Shown here one piece after another: positions 1 through 12,700 of a stretch of 64,000 nt of DNA (positions are counted from its first letter, which is position 1; every line of letters starts with the position of its first letter). The translations under genes were made by a program, and so were the position numbers. Origin of the DNA: Auanema rhodensis (taxonomy: Eukaryota > Animalia > Nematoda); NCBI GenBank assembly GCA_964057225.1, contig OZ059897.1, forward strand, positions 3,968,001 through 4,032,000. Reading direction: 5' to 3'. The notes beneath the pieces are model-generated. The model was not told the DNA's origin. It searched no databases and was given only the letters and a program-made list of their open reading frames with translations.

Positions 1-351
1 CACCGAGATATCAACTTATATATGTTCACGCTTATATCCTCGATTTTCACACTGAAGAAATGATTTTTTCGTTGAATAACATTGTCCATCGTCTTCGTCT
101 TGAAAAAAGGAATCTAAAAACATCTACTTTTTGTGAAATTATTTAGAAATTTTTCGGGAAAATTTTTGTCAAAATGTTTTTGGAAGCAATGTTGAGTGTA
201 CATGGGAACTCAGCATACACTAATGCATTATTTTTCAAACGATCATAACTAATTTTTGTATAGAGCGTTTCTCAATGTAGTATAGTGCATTCGATGCGGA
301 TTTTTAAGCTGCGTCGATCTGTGTTATCAGATTTGAGTTAGCTTAAAAATG
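1..351 (+). repeat. Representative monomer (351 bp, 112 G+C = ~32% GC, many A/T tracts)
   Basis: Read and hand-counted directly. It contains TGTACA (BsrGI) once, GATATC (EcoRV, lost in the GAGTAATC variant) and ATGCAT (lost in the 352-bp variant). Confidence 0.97.
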
Positions 352-650
352 CACCGAGATATCAACTGATATATGTTCACACTTATATCCTCGATTTTCA
401 CCCTGAAGAAATGATTTTTTCGTTAAAAAACATTGTCCATCGTATTCGTCTTGAAAAAAGGAATCTAAAAACATCTACTTTTTGTGAAATTATTTAGAAA
501 TTTTTCGGGAAAATTTTTGTCAAAATGTTTTTGGAAGCAATGTTGAGTGTACATGGGAACTCAACATACACTAATGCATTATTTTTCAAACGATCATAAC
601 TAATTTTTGTATAGAGCGTTTCTCATTGTAGTATAGTGCATTCGATGCGG

Positions 651-701
651 ATTTTTAAGCTGCGTTGATCTGTGTTATCAGATTTGCGCTAGCTTAAAAA
701 T
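651..701. repeat. Imperfect inverted repeat present in every monomer (example copy): ATTTTTAAGCT-GCG-TTG-ATCTG [TGTTAT] CAGAT-TTG-CGC-T-AGCTTAAAAAT
   Basis: ATTTTTAAGCT (651-661) is the reverse complement of AGCTTAAAAAT (691-701). GCG/CGC and ATCTG/CAGAT also pair around a 6-nt loop. Confidence 0.9.
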
Positions 702-3700
702 GCACCGAGTAATCAACTGATATAGGTTCACACTTATATCCTCGATTTTCACCCTGAAGAATTAATTTTTTCGTTGAATAACATTGTCCATCGTCTTTGC
801 CTTGAAAAAAGAAATCTAAAAACATCTACTTTTTGTGAAATTATTTAGAAATTTTTCGGGAAAATTTTTGTCACAATGTTTTTGGAAGCAATGTTGAGTG
901 TACATGGGAACTCAGCATACACTAATGCATTATTTTTCAAACGATCATAACTAATTTTCGTATAGAGCGTTTCTCAATGTAGTATAGTGCTGTCGATGCG
1001 GATTTTTAAGCTGCGTTGATCTGTGTTATCAGATTTGAGTTAGCTTAAAAATGCACCGAGATATCAACTGATATATGTTCACGCTTATATCCTCGATTTT
1101 CACCCTGAAGAAATGATTGTTTCGTTGAATAACATTGTCCATCGTCTTCGTCTTGAAAAAAGGAATCTAAAAACATCTACTTTTTGTGAAATTATTTAGA
1201 AATTTTTCGGGAAAATTTTTGTCAAAATGTTTTTGGAAGCAATGTTGAGTGTACATGGGAACTCAGCATACACTAATGCATTATTTTTCAAACGATCATA
1301 ACTAATTTTTGTATAGAGCGTTTCTCAATGTAGTATAGTGCTGTCGATGTGGATTTTTAAGCTGCGTTGATCTGTGTTATCAGATTTGAGTTAGCTTAAA
1401 AATGCACCGAGATATCAACTGATATATGTTCACGCTTATATCCTCGATTTTCACACTGAAGAAATGATTTTTTCGTTGAATAACATTGTCCATCGTCTTT
1501 GCCTTGAAAAAAGAAATCTAAAAACATCTACTTTTTGTGAAATTATTTAGAAATTTTTCGGGAAAATTTTTGTCACAATGTTTTTGGAAGCAATGTTGAG
1601 TGTACATGGGAACTCAGCATACACTAATGCATTATTTTTCAAACGATCATAACTAATTTTCGTATAGAGCGTTTCTCAATGTAGTATAGTGCTGTCGATG
1701 CGGATTTTTAAGCTGCGTTGATCTGTGTTATCAGATTTGAGTTAGCTTAAAAATGCACCGAGATATCAACTGATATATGTTCACACTTATATCCTCGATT
1801 TTCACCCTGAAGAAATGATTTTTTCGTTGAATAACATTGTCCATCGTCTTCGTCTTGAAAAAAGGAATCTAAAAACATCTACTTTTTGTGAAATTATTTA
1901 GAAATTTTTCGGGAAAATTTTTGTCACAATGTTTTTGGAAGCAATGTTGAGTGTACATGGGAACTCAGCATACACTAATGCATTATTTTTCAAACGATCA
2001 TAACTAATTTTTGTATAGAGCGTTTCTCAATGTAGTATAGTGCTGTCGATGTGGATTTTTAAGCTGCGTTGATCTGTGTTATCAGATTTGAGTTAGCTTA
2101 AAAATGCACCGAGATATCAACTGATATATGTTCACGCTTATATCCTCGATTTTCACACTGAAGAAATGATTTTTTCGTTGAATAACATTGTCCATCGTCT
2201 TCGTTTTGAAAAAAGGAATCTAAAAACATCTACTTTTTGTGAAATTATTTAGAAATTTTTCGGGAAAATTTTTGTCAAAATGTTTTTGGAAGCAATGTTG
2301 AGTGTACATGGGAACTCAACATACACTAATGCATTATTTTTCATACGATCATAACTAATTTTTGTATAGAGCGTTTCTCAATGTAGTATAGTGCTGTCGA
2401 TGTGGATTTTTAAGCTGCGTTGATCTGTGTTATCAGATTTGAGTTAGCTTAAAAATGCACCGAGATATCAACTGATATATGTTCACGCTTATATCCTCGA
2501 TTTTCACACTGAAGAAATGATTTTTTCGTTGAAAAACATTGTCCATCGTATTCGTCTTGAAAAAAGGAATCTAAAAACATCTACTTTTTGTGAAATTATT
2601 TAGAAATTTTTCGGGAAAATTTTTGTCAAAATGTTTTTGGAAGCAATGTTGAGTGTACATGGGAACTCAACATACACTAATGCATTATTTTTCATACGAT
2701 CATAACTAATTTTTGTATAAAGCGTTTCTCAATGTAGTATAGTGCATTCGATGCGGATTTTTAAGCTGCGTTGATCTGTGTTATCAGATTTGCGCTAGCT
2801 TAAAAATGCACCGAGTAATCAACTGATATAGGTTCACACTTATATCCTCGATTTTCACCCTGAAGAATTAATTTTTTTCGTTGAATAACATTGTCCATCG
2901 TCTTTGCCTTGAAAAAAGGAATCTAAAAACATCTACTTTTTGTGAAATTATTTAGAAATTTTTCGGGAAAATTTTTGTCACAATGTTTTTGGAAGCAATG
3001 TTGAGTGTACATGGGAACTCAGCATACACTAATGCATTATTTTTCAAACGATCATAACTAATTTTTGTATAGAGCGTTTCTCAATGTAGTATAGTGCTGT
3101 CGATGTGGATTTTTAAGCTGCGTTGATCTGTGTTATCAGATTTGAGTTAGCTTAAAAATGCACCGAGATATCAACTTATATATGTTCACGCTTATATCCT
3201 CGATTTTCACACTGAAGAAATGATTTTTTCGTTGAATAACATTGTCCATCGTCTTCGTCTTGAAAAAAGGAATCTAAAAACATCTACTTTTTGTGAAATT
3301 ATTTAGAAATTTTTCGGGAAAATTTTTGTCAAAATGTTTTTGGAAGCAATGTTGAGTGTACATGGGAACTCAGCATACACTAATGCATTATTTTTCAAAC
3401 GATCATAACTAATTTTTGTATAGAGCGTTTCTCAATGTAGTATAGTGCATTCGATGCGGATTTTTAAGCTGCGTCGATCTGTGTTATCAGATTTGAGTTA
3501 GCTTAAAAATGCACCGAGATATCAACTGATATATGTTCACACTTATATCCTCGATTTTCACCCTGAAGAAATGATTTTTTCGTTAAAAAACATTGTCCAT
3601 CGTATTCGTCTTGAAAAAAGGAATCTAAAAACATCTACTTTTTGTGAAATTATTTAGAAATTTTTCGGGAAAATTTTTGTCAAAATGTTTTTGGAAGCAA

Positions 3701-6700
3701 TGTTGAGTGTACATGGGAACTCAACATACACTAATGCATTATTTTTCAAACGATCATAACTAATTTTTGTATAGAGCGTTTCTCATTGTAGTATAGTGCA
3801 TTCGATGCGGATTTTTAAGCTGCGTTGATCTGTGTTATCAGATTTGCGCTAGCTTAAAAATGCACCGAGTAATCAACTGATATAGGTTCACACTTATATC
3901 CTCGATTTTCACCCTGAAGAATTAATTTTTTCGTTGAATAACATTGTCCATCGTCTTTGCCTTGAAAAAAGAAATCTAAAAACATCTACTTTTTGTGAAA
4001 TTATTTAGAAATTTTTCGGGAAAATTTTTGTCACAATGTTTTTGGAAGCAATGTTGAGTGTACATGGGAACTCAGCATACACTAATGCATTATTTTTCAA
4101 ACGATCATAACTAATTTTCGTATAGAGCGTTTCTCAATGTAGTATAGTGCTGTCGATGCGGATTTTTAAGCTGCGTTGATCTGTGTTATCAGATTTGAGT
4201 TAGCTTAAAAATGCACCGAGATATCAACTGATATATGTTCACGCTTATATCCTCGATTTTCACCCTGAAGAAATGATTGTTTCGTTGAATAACATTGTCC
4301 ATCGTCTTCGTCTTGAAAAAAGGAATCTAAAAACATCTACTTTTTGTGAAATTATTTAGAAATTTTTCGGGAAAATTTTTGTCAAAATGTTTTTGGAAGC
4401 AATGTTGAGTGTACATGGGAACTCAGCATACACTAATGCATTATTTTTCAAACGATCATAACTAATTTTTGTATAGAGCGTTTCTCAATGTAGTATAGTG
4501 CTGTCGATGTGGATTTTTAAGCTGCGTTGATCTGTGTTATCAGATTTGAGTTAGCTTAAAAATGCACCGAGATATCAACTGATATATGTTCACGCTTATA
4601 TCCTCGATTTTCACACTGAAGAAATGATTTTTTCGTTGAATAACATTGTCCATCGTCTTTGCCTTGAAAAAAGAAATCTAAAAACATCTACTTTTTGTGA
4701 AATTATTTAGAAATTTTTCGGGAAAATTTTTGTCACAATGTTTTTGGAAGCAATGTTGAGTGTACATGGGAACTCAGCATACACTAATGCATTATTTTTC
4801 AAACGATCATAACTAATTTTCGTATAGAGCGTTTCTCAATGTAGTATAGTGCTGTCGATGCGGATTTTTAAGCTGCGTTGATCTGTGTTATCAGATTTGA
4901 GTTAGCTTAAAAATGCACCGAGATATCAACTGATATATGTTCACACTTATATCCTCGATTTTCACCCTGAAGAAATGATTTTTTCGTTGAATAACATTGT
5001 CCATCGTCTTCGTCTTGAAAAAAGGAATCTAAAAACATCTACTTTTTGTGAAATTATTTAGAAATTTTTCGGGAAAATTTTTGTCACAATGTTTTTGGAA
5101 GCAATGTTGAGTGTACATGGGAACTCAGCATACACTAATGCATTATTTTTCAAACGATCATAACTAATTTTTGTATAGAGCGTTTCTCAATGTAGTATAG
5201 TGCTGTCGATGTGGATTTTTAAGCTGCGTTGATCTGTGTTATCAGATTTGAGTTAGCTTAAAAATGCACCGAGATATCAACTGATATATGTTCACGCTTA
5301 TATCCTCGATTTTCACACTGAAGAAATGATTTTTTCGTTGAATAACATTGTCCATCGTCTTCGTTTTGAAAAAAGGAATCTAAAAACATCTACTTTTTGT
5401 GAAATTATTTAGAAATTTTTCGGGAAAATTTTTGTCAAAATGTTTTTGGAAGCAATGTTGAGTGTACATGGGAACTCAGCATACACTAATGCATTATTTT
5501 TCAAACGATCATAACTAATTTTTGTATAGAGCGTTTCTCAATGTAGTATAGTGCATTCGATGCGGATTTTTAAGCTGCGTCGATCTGTGTTATCAGATTT
5601 GAGTTAGCTTAAAAATGCACCGAGATATCAACTGATATATGTTCACACTTATATCCTCGATTTTCACCCTGAAGAAATGATTTTTTCGTTAAAAAACATT
5701 GTCCATCGTATTCGTCTTGAAAAAAGGAATCTAAAAACATCTACTTTTTGTGAAATTATTTAGAAATTTTTCGGGAAAATTTTTGTCAAAATGTTTTTGG
5801 AAGCAATGTTGAGTGTACATGGGAACTCAACATACACTAATGCATTATTTTTCAAACGATCATAACTAATTTTTGTATAGAGCGTTTCTCATTGTAGTAT
5901 AGTGCATTCGATGCGGATTTTTAAGCTGCGTTGATCTGTGTTATCAGATTTGCGCTAGCTTAAAAATGCACCGAGTAATCAACTGATATAGGTTCACACT
6001 TATATCCTCGATTTTCACCCTGAAGAATTAATTTTTTCGTTGAATAACATTGTCCATCGTCTTTGCCTTGAAAAAAGAAATCTAAAAACATCTACTTTTT
6101 GTGAAATTATTTAGAAATTTTTCGGGAAAATTTTTGTCACAATGTTTTTGGAAGCAATGTTGAGTGTACATGGGAACTCAGCATACACTAATGCATTATT
6201 TTTCAAACGATCATAACTAATTTTCGTATAGAGCGTTTCTCAATGTAGTATAGTGCTGTCGATGCGGATTTTTAAGCTGCGTTGATCTGTGTTATCAGAT
6301 TTGAGTTAGCTTAAAAATGCACCGAGATATCAACTGATATATGTTCACGCTTATATCCTCGATTTTCACCCTGAAGAAATGATTTTTTCGTTGAATAACA
6401 TTGTCCATCGTCTTCGTCTTGAAAAAAGGAATCTAAAAACATCTACTTTTTGTGAAATTATTTAGAAATTTTTCGGGAAAATTTTTGTCACAATGTTTTT
6501 GGAAGCAATGTTGAGTGTACATGGGAACTCAACATACACTAATGCATTATTTTTCAAACGATCATAACTAATTTTTGTATAGAGCGTTTCTCATTGTAGT
6601 AAAGTGCATTCGATGCGGATTTTTAAGCTGCGTTGATCTGTGTTATCAGATTTGCGCTAGCTTAAAAATGCACCGAGTAATCAACTGATATAGGTTCACA

Positions 6701-9700
6701 CTTATATCCTCGATTTTCACCCTGAAGAATTAATTTTTTCGTTGAATAACATTGTCCATCGTCTTTGCCTTGAAAAAAGAAATCTAAAAACATCTACTTT
6801 TTGTGAAATTATTTAGAAATTTTTCGGGAAAATTTTTGTCACAATGTTTTTGGAAGCAATGTTGAGTGTACATGGGAACTCAGCATACACTAATGCATTA
6901 TTTTTCAAACGATCATAACTAATTTTTGTATAGAGCGTTTCTCAATGTAGTATAGTGCTGTCGATGTGGATTTTTAAGCTGCGTTGATCTGTGTTATCAG
7001 ATTTGAGTTAGCTTAAAAATGCACCGAGATATCAACTGATATATGTTCACGCTTATATCCTCGATTTTCACACTGAAGAAATGATTTTTTCGTTGAATAA
7101 CATTGTCCATCGTCTTCGTTTTGAAAAAAGGAATCTAAAAACATCTACTTTTTGTGAAATTATTTAGAAATTTTTCGGGAAAATTTTTGTCAAAATGTTT
7201 TTGGAAGCAATGTTGAGTGTACATGGGAACTCAGCATACACTAATGCATTATTTTTCAAACGATCATAACTAATTTTTGTATAGAGCGTTTCTCAATGTA
7301 GTATAGTGCATTCGATGCGGATTTTTAAGCTGCGTCGATCTGTGTTATCAGATTTGAGTTAGCTTAAAAATGCACCGAGATATCAACTGATATATGTTCA
7401 CACTTATATCCTCGATTTTCACCCTGAAGAAATGATTTTTTCGTTAAAAAACATTGTCCATCGTATTCGTCTTGAAAAAAGAAATCTAAAAACATCTACT
7501 TTTTGTGAAATTATTTAGAAATTTTTCGGGAAAATTTTTGTCAAAATGTTTTTGGAAGCAATGTTGAGTGTACATGGGAACTCAACATACACTAATGCAT
7601 TATTTTTCAAACGATCATAACTAATTTTTGTATAGAGCGTTTCTCATTGTAGTATAGTGCATTCGATGCGGATTTTTAAGCTGCGTTGATCTGTGTTATC
7701 AGATTTGCGCTAGCTTAAAAATGCACCGAGTAATCAACTGATATAGGTTCACACTTATATCCTCGATTTTCACCCTGAAGAATTAATTTTTTCGTTGAAT
7801 AACATTGTCCATCGTCTTTGCCTTGAAAAAAGAAATCTAAAAACATCTACTTTTTGTGAAATTATTTAGAAATTTTTCGGGAAAATTTTTGTCACAATGT
7901 TTTTGGAAGCAATGTTGAGTGTACATGGGAACTCAGCATACACTAATGCATTATTTTTCAAACGATCATAACTAATTTTTGTATAGAGCGTTTCTCAATG
8001 TAGTATAGTGCATTCGATGCGGATTTTTAAGCTGCGTCGATCTGTGTTATCAGATTTGCGCTAGCTTGAAAATGCACCGAGATATCAACTGATATAGGTT
8101 CACACTTATATCCTCGATTTTCACCCTGACGAATTAATTTTTTCGTTGAATAACATTGTCCATCGTCTTTGCCTTGAAAAAAGGAATCTAAAAACATCTA
8201 CTTTTTGTGAAATTATTTAGAAATTTTTCGGGAAAATTTTTGTCACAATGTTTTTGGAAGCAATGTTGAGTGTACATGGGAACTCAACATACACTAATGC
8301 ATTATTTTTCAAACGATCATAACTAATTTTTGTATAGAGCGTTTCTCATTGTAGTATAGTGCATTCGATGCGGATTTTTAAGCTGCGTTGATCTGTGTTA
8401 TCAGATTTGCGCTAGCTTAAAAATGCACCGAGTAATCAACTGATATAGGTTCACACTTATATCCTCGATTTTCACCCTGAAGAATTAATTTTTTCGTTGA
8501 ATAACATTGTCCATCGTCTTTGCCTTGAAAAAAGAAATCTAAAAACATCTACTTTTTGTGAAATTATTTAGAAATTTTTCGGGAAAATTTTTGTCACAAT
8601 GTTTTTGGAAGCAATGTTGAGTGTACATGGGAACTCAGCATACACTAATGCATTATTTTTCAAACGATCATAACTAATTTTCGTATAGAGCGTTTCTCAA
8701 TGTAGTATAGTGCTGTCGATGCGGATTTTTAAGCTGCGTTGATCTGTGTTATCAGATTTGAGTTAGCTTAAAAATGCACCGAGATATCAACTGATATATG
8801 TTCACGCTTATATCCTCGATTTTCACCCTGAAGAAATGATTTTTTCGTTGAATAACATTGTCCATCGTCTTCGTTTTAAAAAAAGGAATCTAAAAACATC
8901 TACTTTTTGTGAAATTATTTAGAAATTTTTCGGGAAAATTTTTGTCAAAATGTTTTTGGAAGCAATGTTGAGTGTACATGGGAACTCAGCATACACTAAT
9001 GCATTATTTTTCAAACGATCATAACTAATTTTTGTATAGAGCGTTTCTCAATGTAGTATAGTGCATTCGATGCGGATTTTTAAGCTGCGTTGATCTGTGT
9101 TATCAGATTTGAGTTAGCTTAAAAATGCACCGAGATATCAACTGATATATGTTCACGCTTATATCCTCGATTTTCACACTGAAGAAATGATTATTTCGTT
9201 GAATAACATTGTCCATCGTCTTCGTCTTGAAAAAAGGAATCTAAAAACATCTACTTTTTGTGAAATTATTTAGAAATTTTTCGGGAAAATTTTTGTCAAA
9301 ATGTTTTTGGAAGCAATGTTGAGTGTACATGGGAACTCAACATACACTAGTGCATTATTTTTCAAACGATCATAACTAATTTTTGTATAGAGCGTTTCTC
9401 ATTGTAGTAAAGTGCATTCGATGCGGATTTTTAAGCTGCGTTGATCTGTGTTATCAGATTTGCGCTAGCTTAAAAATGCACCGAGTAATCAACTGATATA
9501 GGTTCACACTTATATCCTCGATTTTCACCCTGAAGAATTAATTTTTTCGTTGAATAACATTGTCCATCGTCTTTGCCTTGAAAAAAGAAATCTAAAAACA
9601 TCTACTTTTTGTGAAATTATTTAGAAATTTTTCGGGAAAATTTTTGTCACAATGTTTTTGGAAGCAATGTTGAGTGTACATGGGAACTCAGCATACACTA

Positions 9701-12700
9701 ATGCATTATTTTTCAAACGATCATAACTAATTTTTGTATAGATCGTTTCTCAATGTAGTATAGTGCTGTCGATGTGGATTTTTAAGCTGCGTTGATCTGT
9801 GTTATCAGATTTGAGTTAGCTTAAAAATGCACCGAGATATCAACTGATATATGTTCACGCTTATATCCTCGATTTTCACACTGAAGAAATGATTTTTTCG
9901 TTGAATAACATTGTCCATCGTCTTCGTTTTAAAAAAAGGAATCTAAAAACATCTACTTTTTGTGAAATTATTTAGAAATTTTTCGGGAAAATTTTTGTCA
10001 AAATGTTTTTGGAAGCAATGTTGAGTGTACATGGGAACTCAGCATACACTAATGCATTATTTTTCAAACGATCATAACTAATTTTTGTATAGAGCGTTTC
10101 TCAATGTAGTATAGTGCATTCGATGCGGATTTTTAAGCTGCGTCGATCTGTGTTATCAGATTTGAGTTAGCTTAAAAATGCACCGAGATATCAACTGATA
10201 TATGTTCACACTTATATCCTCGATTTTCACCCTGAAGAAATGATTTTTTCGTTAAAAAACATTGTCCATCGTATTCGTCTTGAAAAAAGGAATCTAAAAA
10301 CATCTACTTTTTGTGAAATTATTTAGAAATTTTTCGGGAAAATTTTTGTCAAAATGTTTTTGGAAGCAATGTTGAGTGTACATGGGAACTCAACATACAC
10401 TAATGCATTATTTTTCAAACGATCATAACTAATTTTTGTATAGAGCGTTTCTCATTGTAGTATAGTGCATTCGATGCGGATTTTTAAGCTGCGTTGATCT
10501 GTGTTATCAGATTTGCGCTAGCTTAAAAATGCACCGAGTAATCAACTGATATAGGTTCACACTTACATCCTCGATTTTCACCCTGAAGAATTAATTTTTT
10601 CGTTGAATAACATTGTCCATCGTCTTTGCCTTGAAAAAAGAAATCTAAAAACATCTACTTTTTGTGAAATTATTTAGAAATTTTTCGGGAAAATTTTTGT
10701 CACAATGTTTTTGGAAGCAATGTTGAGTGTACATGGGAACTCAGCATACACTAATGCATTATTTTTCAAACGATCATAACTAATTTTCGTATAGAGCGTT
10801 TCTCAATGTAGTATAGTGCTGTCGATGCGGATTTTTAAGCTGCGTTGATCTGTGTTATCAGATTTGAGTTAGCTTAAAAATGCACCGAGATATCAACTGA
10901 TATATGTTCACGCTTATATCCTCGATTTTCACCCTGAAGAAATGATTTTTTCGTTGAATAACATTGTCCATCGTCTTCGTCTTGAAAAAAGGAATCTAAA
11001 AACATCTACTTTTTGTGAAATTATTTAGAAATTTTTCGGGAAAATTTTTGTCAAAATGTTTTTGGAAGCAATGTTGAGTGTACATGGGAACTCAGCATAC
11101 ACTAATGCATTATTTTTCAAACGATCATAACTAATTTTTGTATAGAGCGTTTCTCAATGTAGTATAGTGCATTCGATGCGGATTTTTAAGCTGCGTCGAT
11201 CTGTGTTATCAGATTTGCGCTAGCTTGAAAATGCACCGAGATATCAACTGATATAGGTTCACACTTATATCCTCGATTTTCACCCTGACGAATTAATTTT
11301 TTCGTTGAATAACATTGTCCATCGTCTTTGCCTTGAAAAAAGGAATCTAAAAACATCTACTTTTTGTGAAATTATTTAGAAATTTTTCGGGAAAATTTTT
11401 GTCACAATGTTTTTGGAAGCAATGTTGAGTGTACATGGGAACTCAGCATACACTAATGCATTATTTTTCAAACGATCATAACTAATTTTCGTATAGAGCG
11501 TTTCTCAATGTAGTATAGTGCTGTCGATGCGGATTTTTAAGCTGCGTTGATCTGTGTTATCAGATTTGAGTTAGCTTAAAAATGCACCGAGATATCAACT
11601 GATATATGTTCACGCTTATATCCTCGATTTTCACCCTGAAGAAATGATTTTTTCGTTGAATAACATTGTCCATCGTCTTCGTCTTGAAAAAAGGAATCTA
11701 AAAACATCTACTTTTTGTGAAATTATTTAGAAATTTTTCGGGAAAATTTTTGTCAAAATGTTTTTGGAAGCAATGTTGAGTGTACATGGGAACTCAGCAT
11801 ACACTAATGCATTATTTTTCAAACGATCATAACTAATTTTTGTATAGAGCGTTTCTCAATGTAGTATAGTGCATTCGATGCGGATTTTTAAGCTGCGTTG
11901 ATCTGTGTTATCAGATTTGAGTTAGCTTAAAAATGCACCGAGATATCAACTGATATATGTTCACGCTTATATCCTCGATTTTCACACTGAAGAAATGATT
12001 ATTTCGTTGAATAACATTGTCCATCGTCTTCGTCTTGAAAAAAGGAATCTAAAAACATCTACTTTTTGTGAAATTATTTAGAAATTTTTCGGGAAAATTT
12101 TTGTCAAAATGTTTTTGGAAGCAATGTTGAGTGTACATGGGAACTCAACATACACTAATGCATTATTTTTCAAACGATCATAACTAATTTTTGTATAGAG
12201 CGTTTCTCAATGTAGTATAGTGCATTCGATGCGGATTTTTAAGCTGCGTTGATCTGTGTTATCAGATTTGCGCTAGCTTGAAAATGCACCGAGATATCAA
12301 CTGATATAGGTTCACACTTATATCCTCGATTTTCACCCTGAAGAATTAATTTTTTCGTTGAATAACATTGTCCATCGTCTTTGCCTTGAAAAAAGGAATC
12401 TAAAAACATCTACTTTTTGTGAAATTATTTATAAATTTTTCGGGAAAATTTTTGTCAAAATGTTTTTGGAAGCAATGTTGAGTGTACATGGGAACTCAAC
12501 ATACACTAATGCATTATTTTTCAAACGATCATAACTAATTTTTGTATAGAGCGTTTCTCAATGTAGTATAGTGCATTCGATGCGGATTTTTAAGCTGCGT
12601 TGATCTGTGTTATCAGATTTGAGTTAGCTTAAAAATGCACCGAGATATCAACTGATATATGTTCACACTTATATCCTCGATTTTCACCCTGAAGAAATGA

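Larger units (their letters stand above)
1..5478 (+). repeat. 9-monomer-offset (3160 bp) duplication: 1-2318 matches 3161-5478
   Basis: Rare variants TCAACTTATA (11 and 3171), AAATGATTGT (1111 and 4271) and TCGTTTTGAA (2201 and 5361) recur at a 3160-bp offset. Identity breaks at 2319/5479. Confidence 0.9.

Noticed and set aside
67-83. CENP-B-box-like TTTCGTTGAA
   Set aside because: It matches only the left half of NTTCGNNNNANNCGGGN. CGGG is not at the required spacing (the only CGGGA is ~75 bp downstream).
1-351. Internal ~175-bp dimer structure of the monomer
   Set aside because: Only a weak AT-rich resemblance (TTTTCACAC.. at 44 versus TTTTCAAAC.. at 232). Not convincing without a self dot-plot tested against shuffled controls.
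1-351. Tandem 5S rRNA, tRNA, snRNA or spliced-leader gene unit
   Set aside because: No recognisable RNA gene sequence or cloverleaf on either strand. An Infernal/Rfam scan would be the decisive test.
1-351. Assignment to known ~350-360 bp insect satellites (Drosophila 1.688/359-bp, tenebrionid beetle satellites)
   Set aside because: Only length and AT content are similar, and I cannot recognise sequence homology. This needs BLAST.
651-701. Rho-independent terminator
   Set aside because: The stem is AT-rich and interrupted, there is no upstream gene, and the context is a eukaryote-like satellite.
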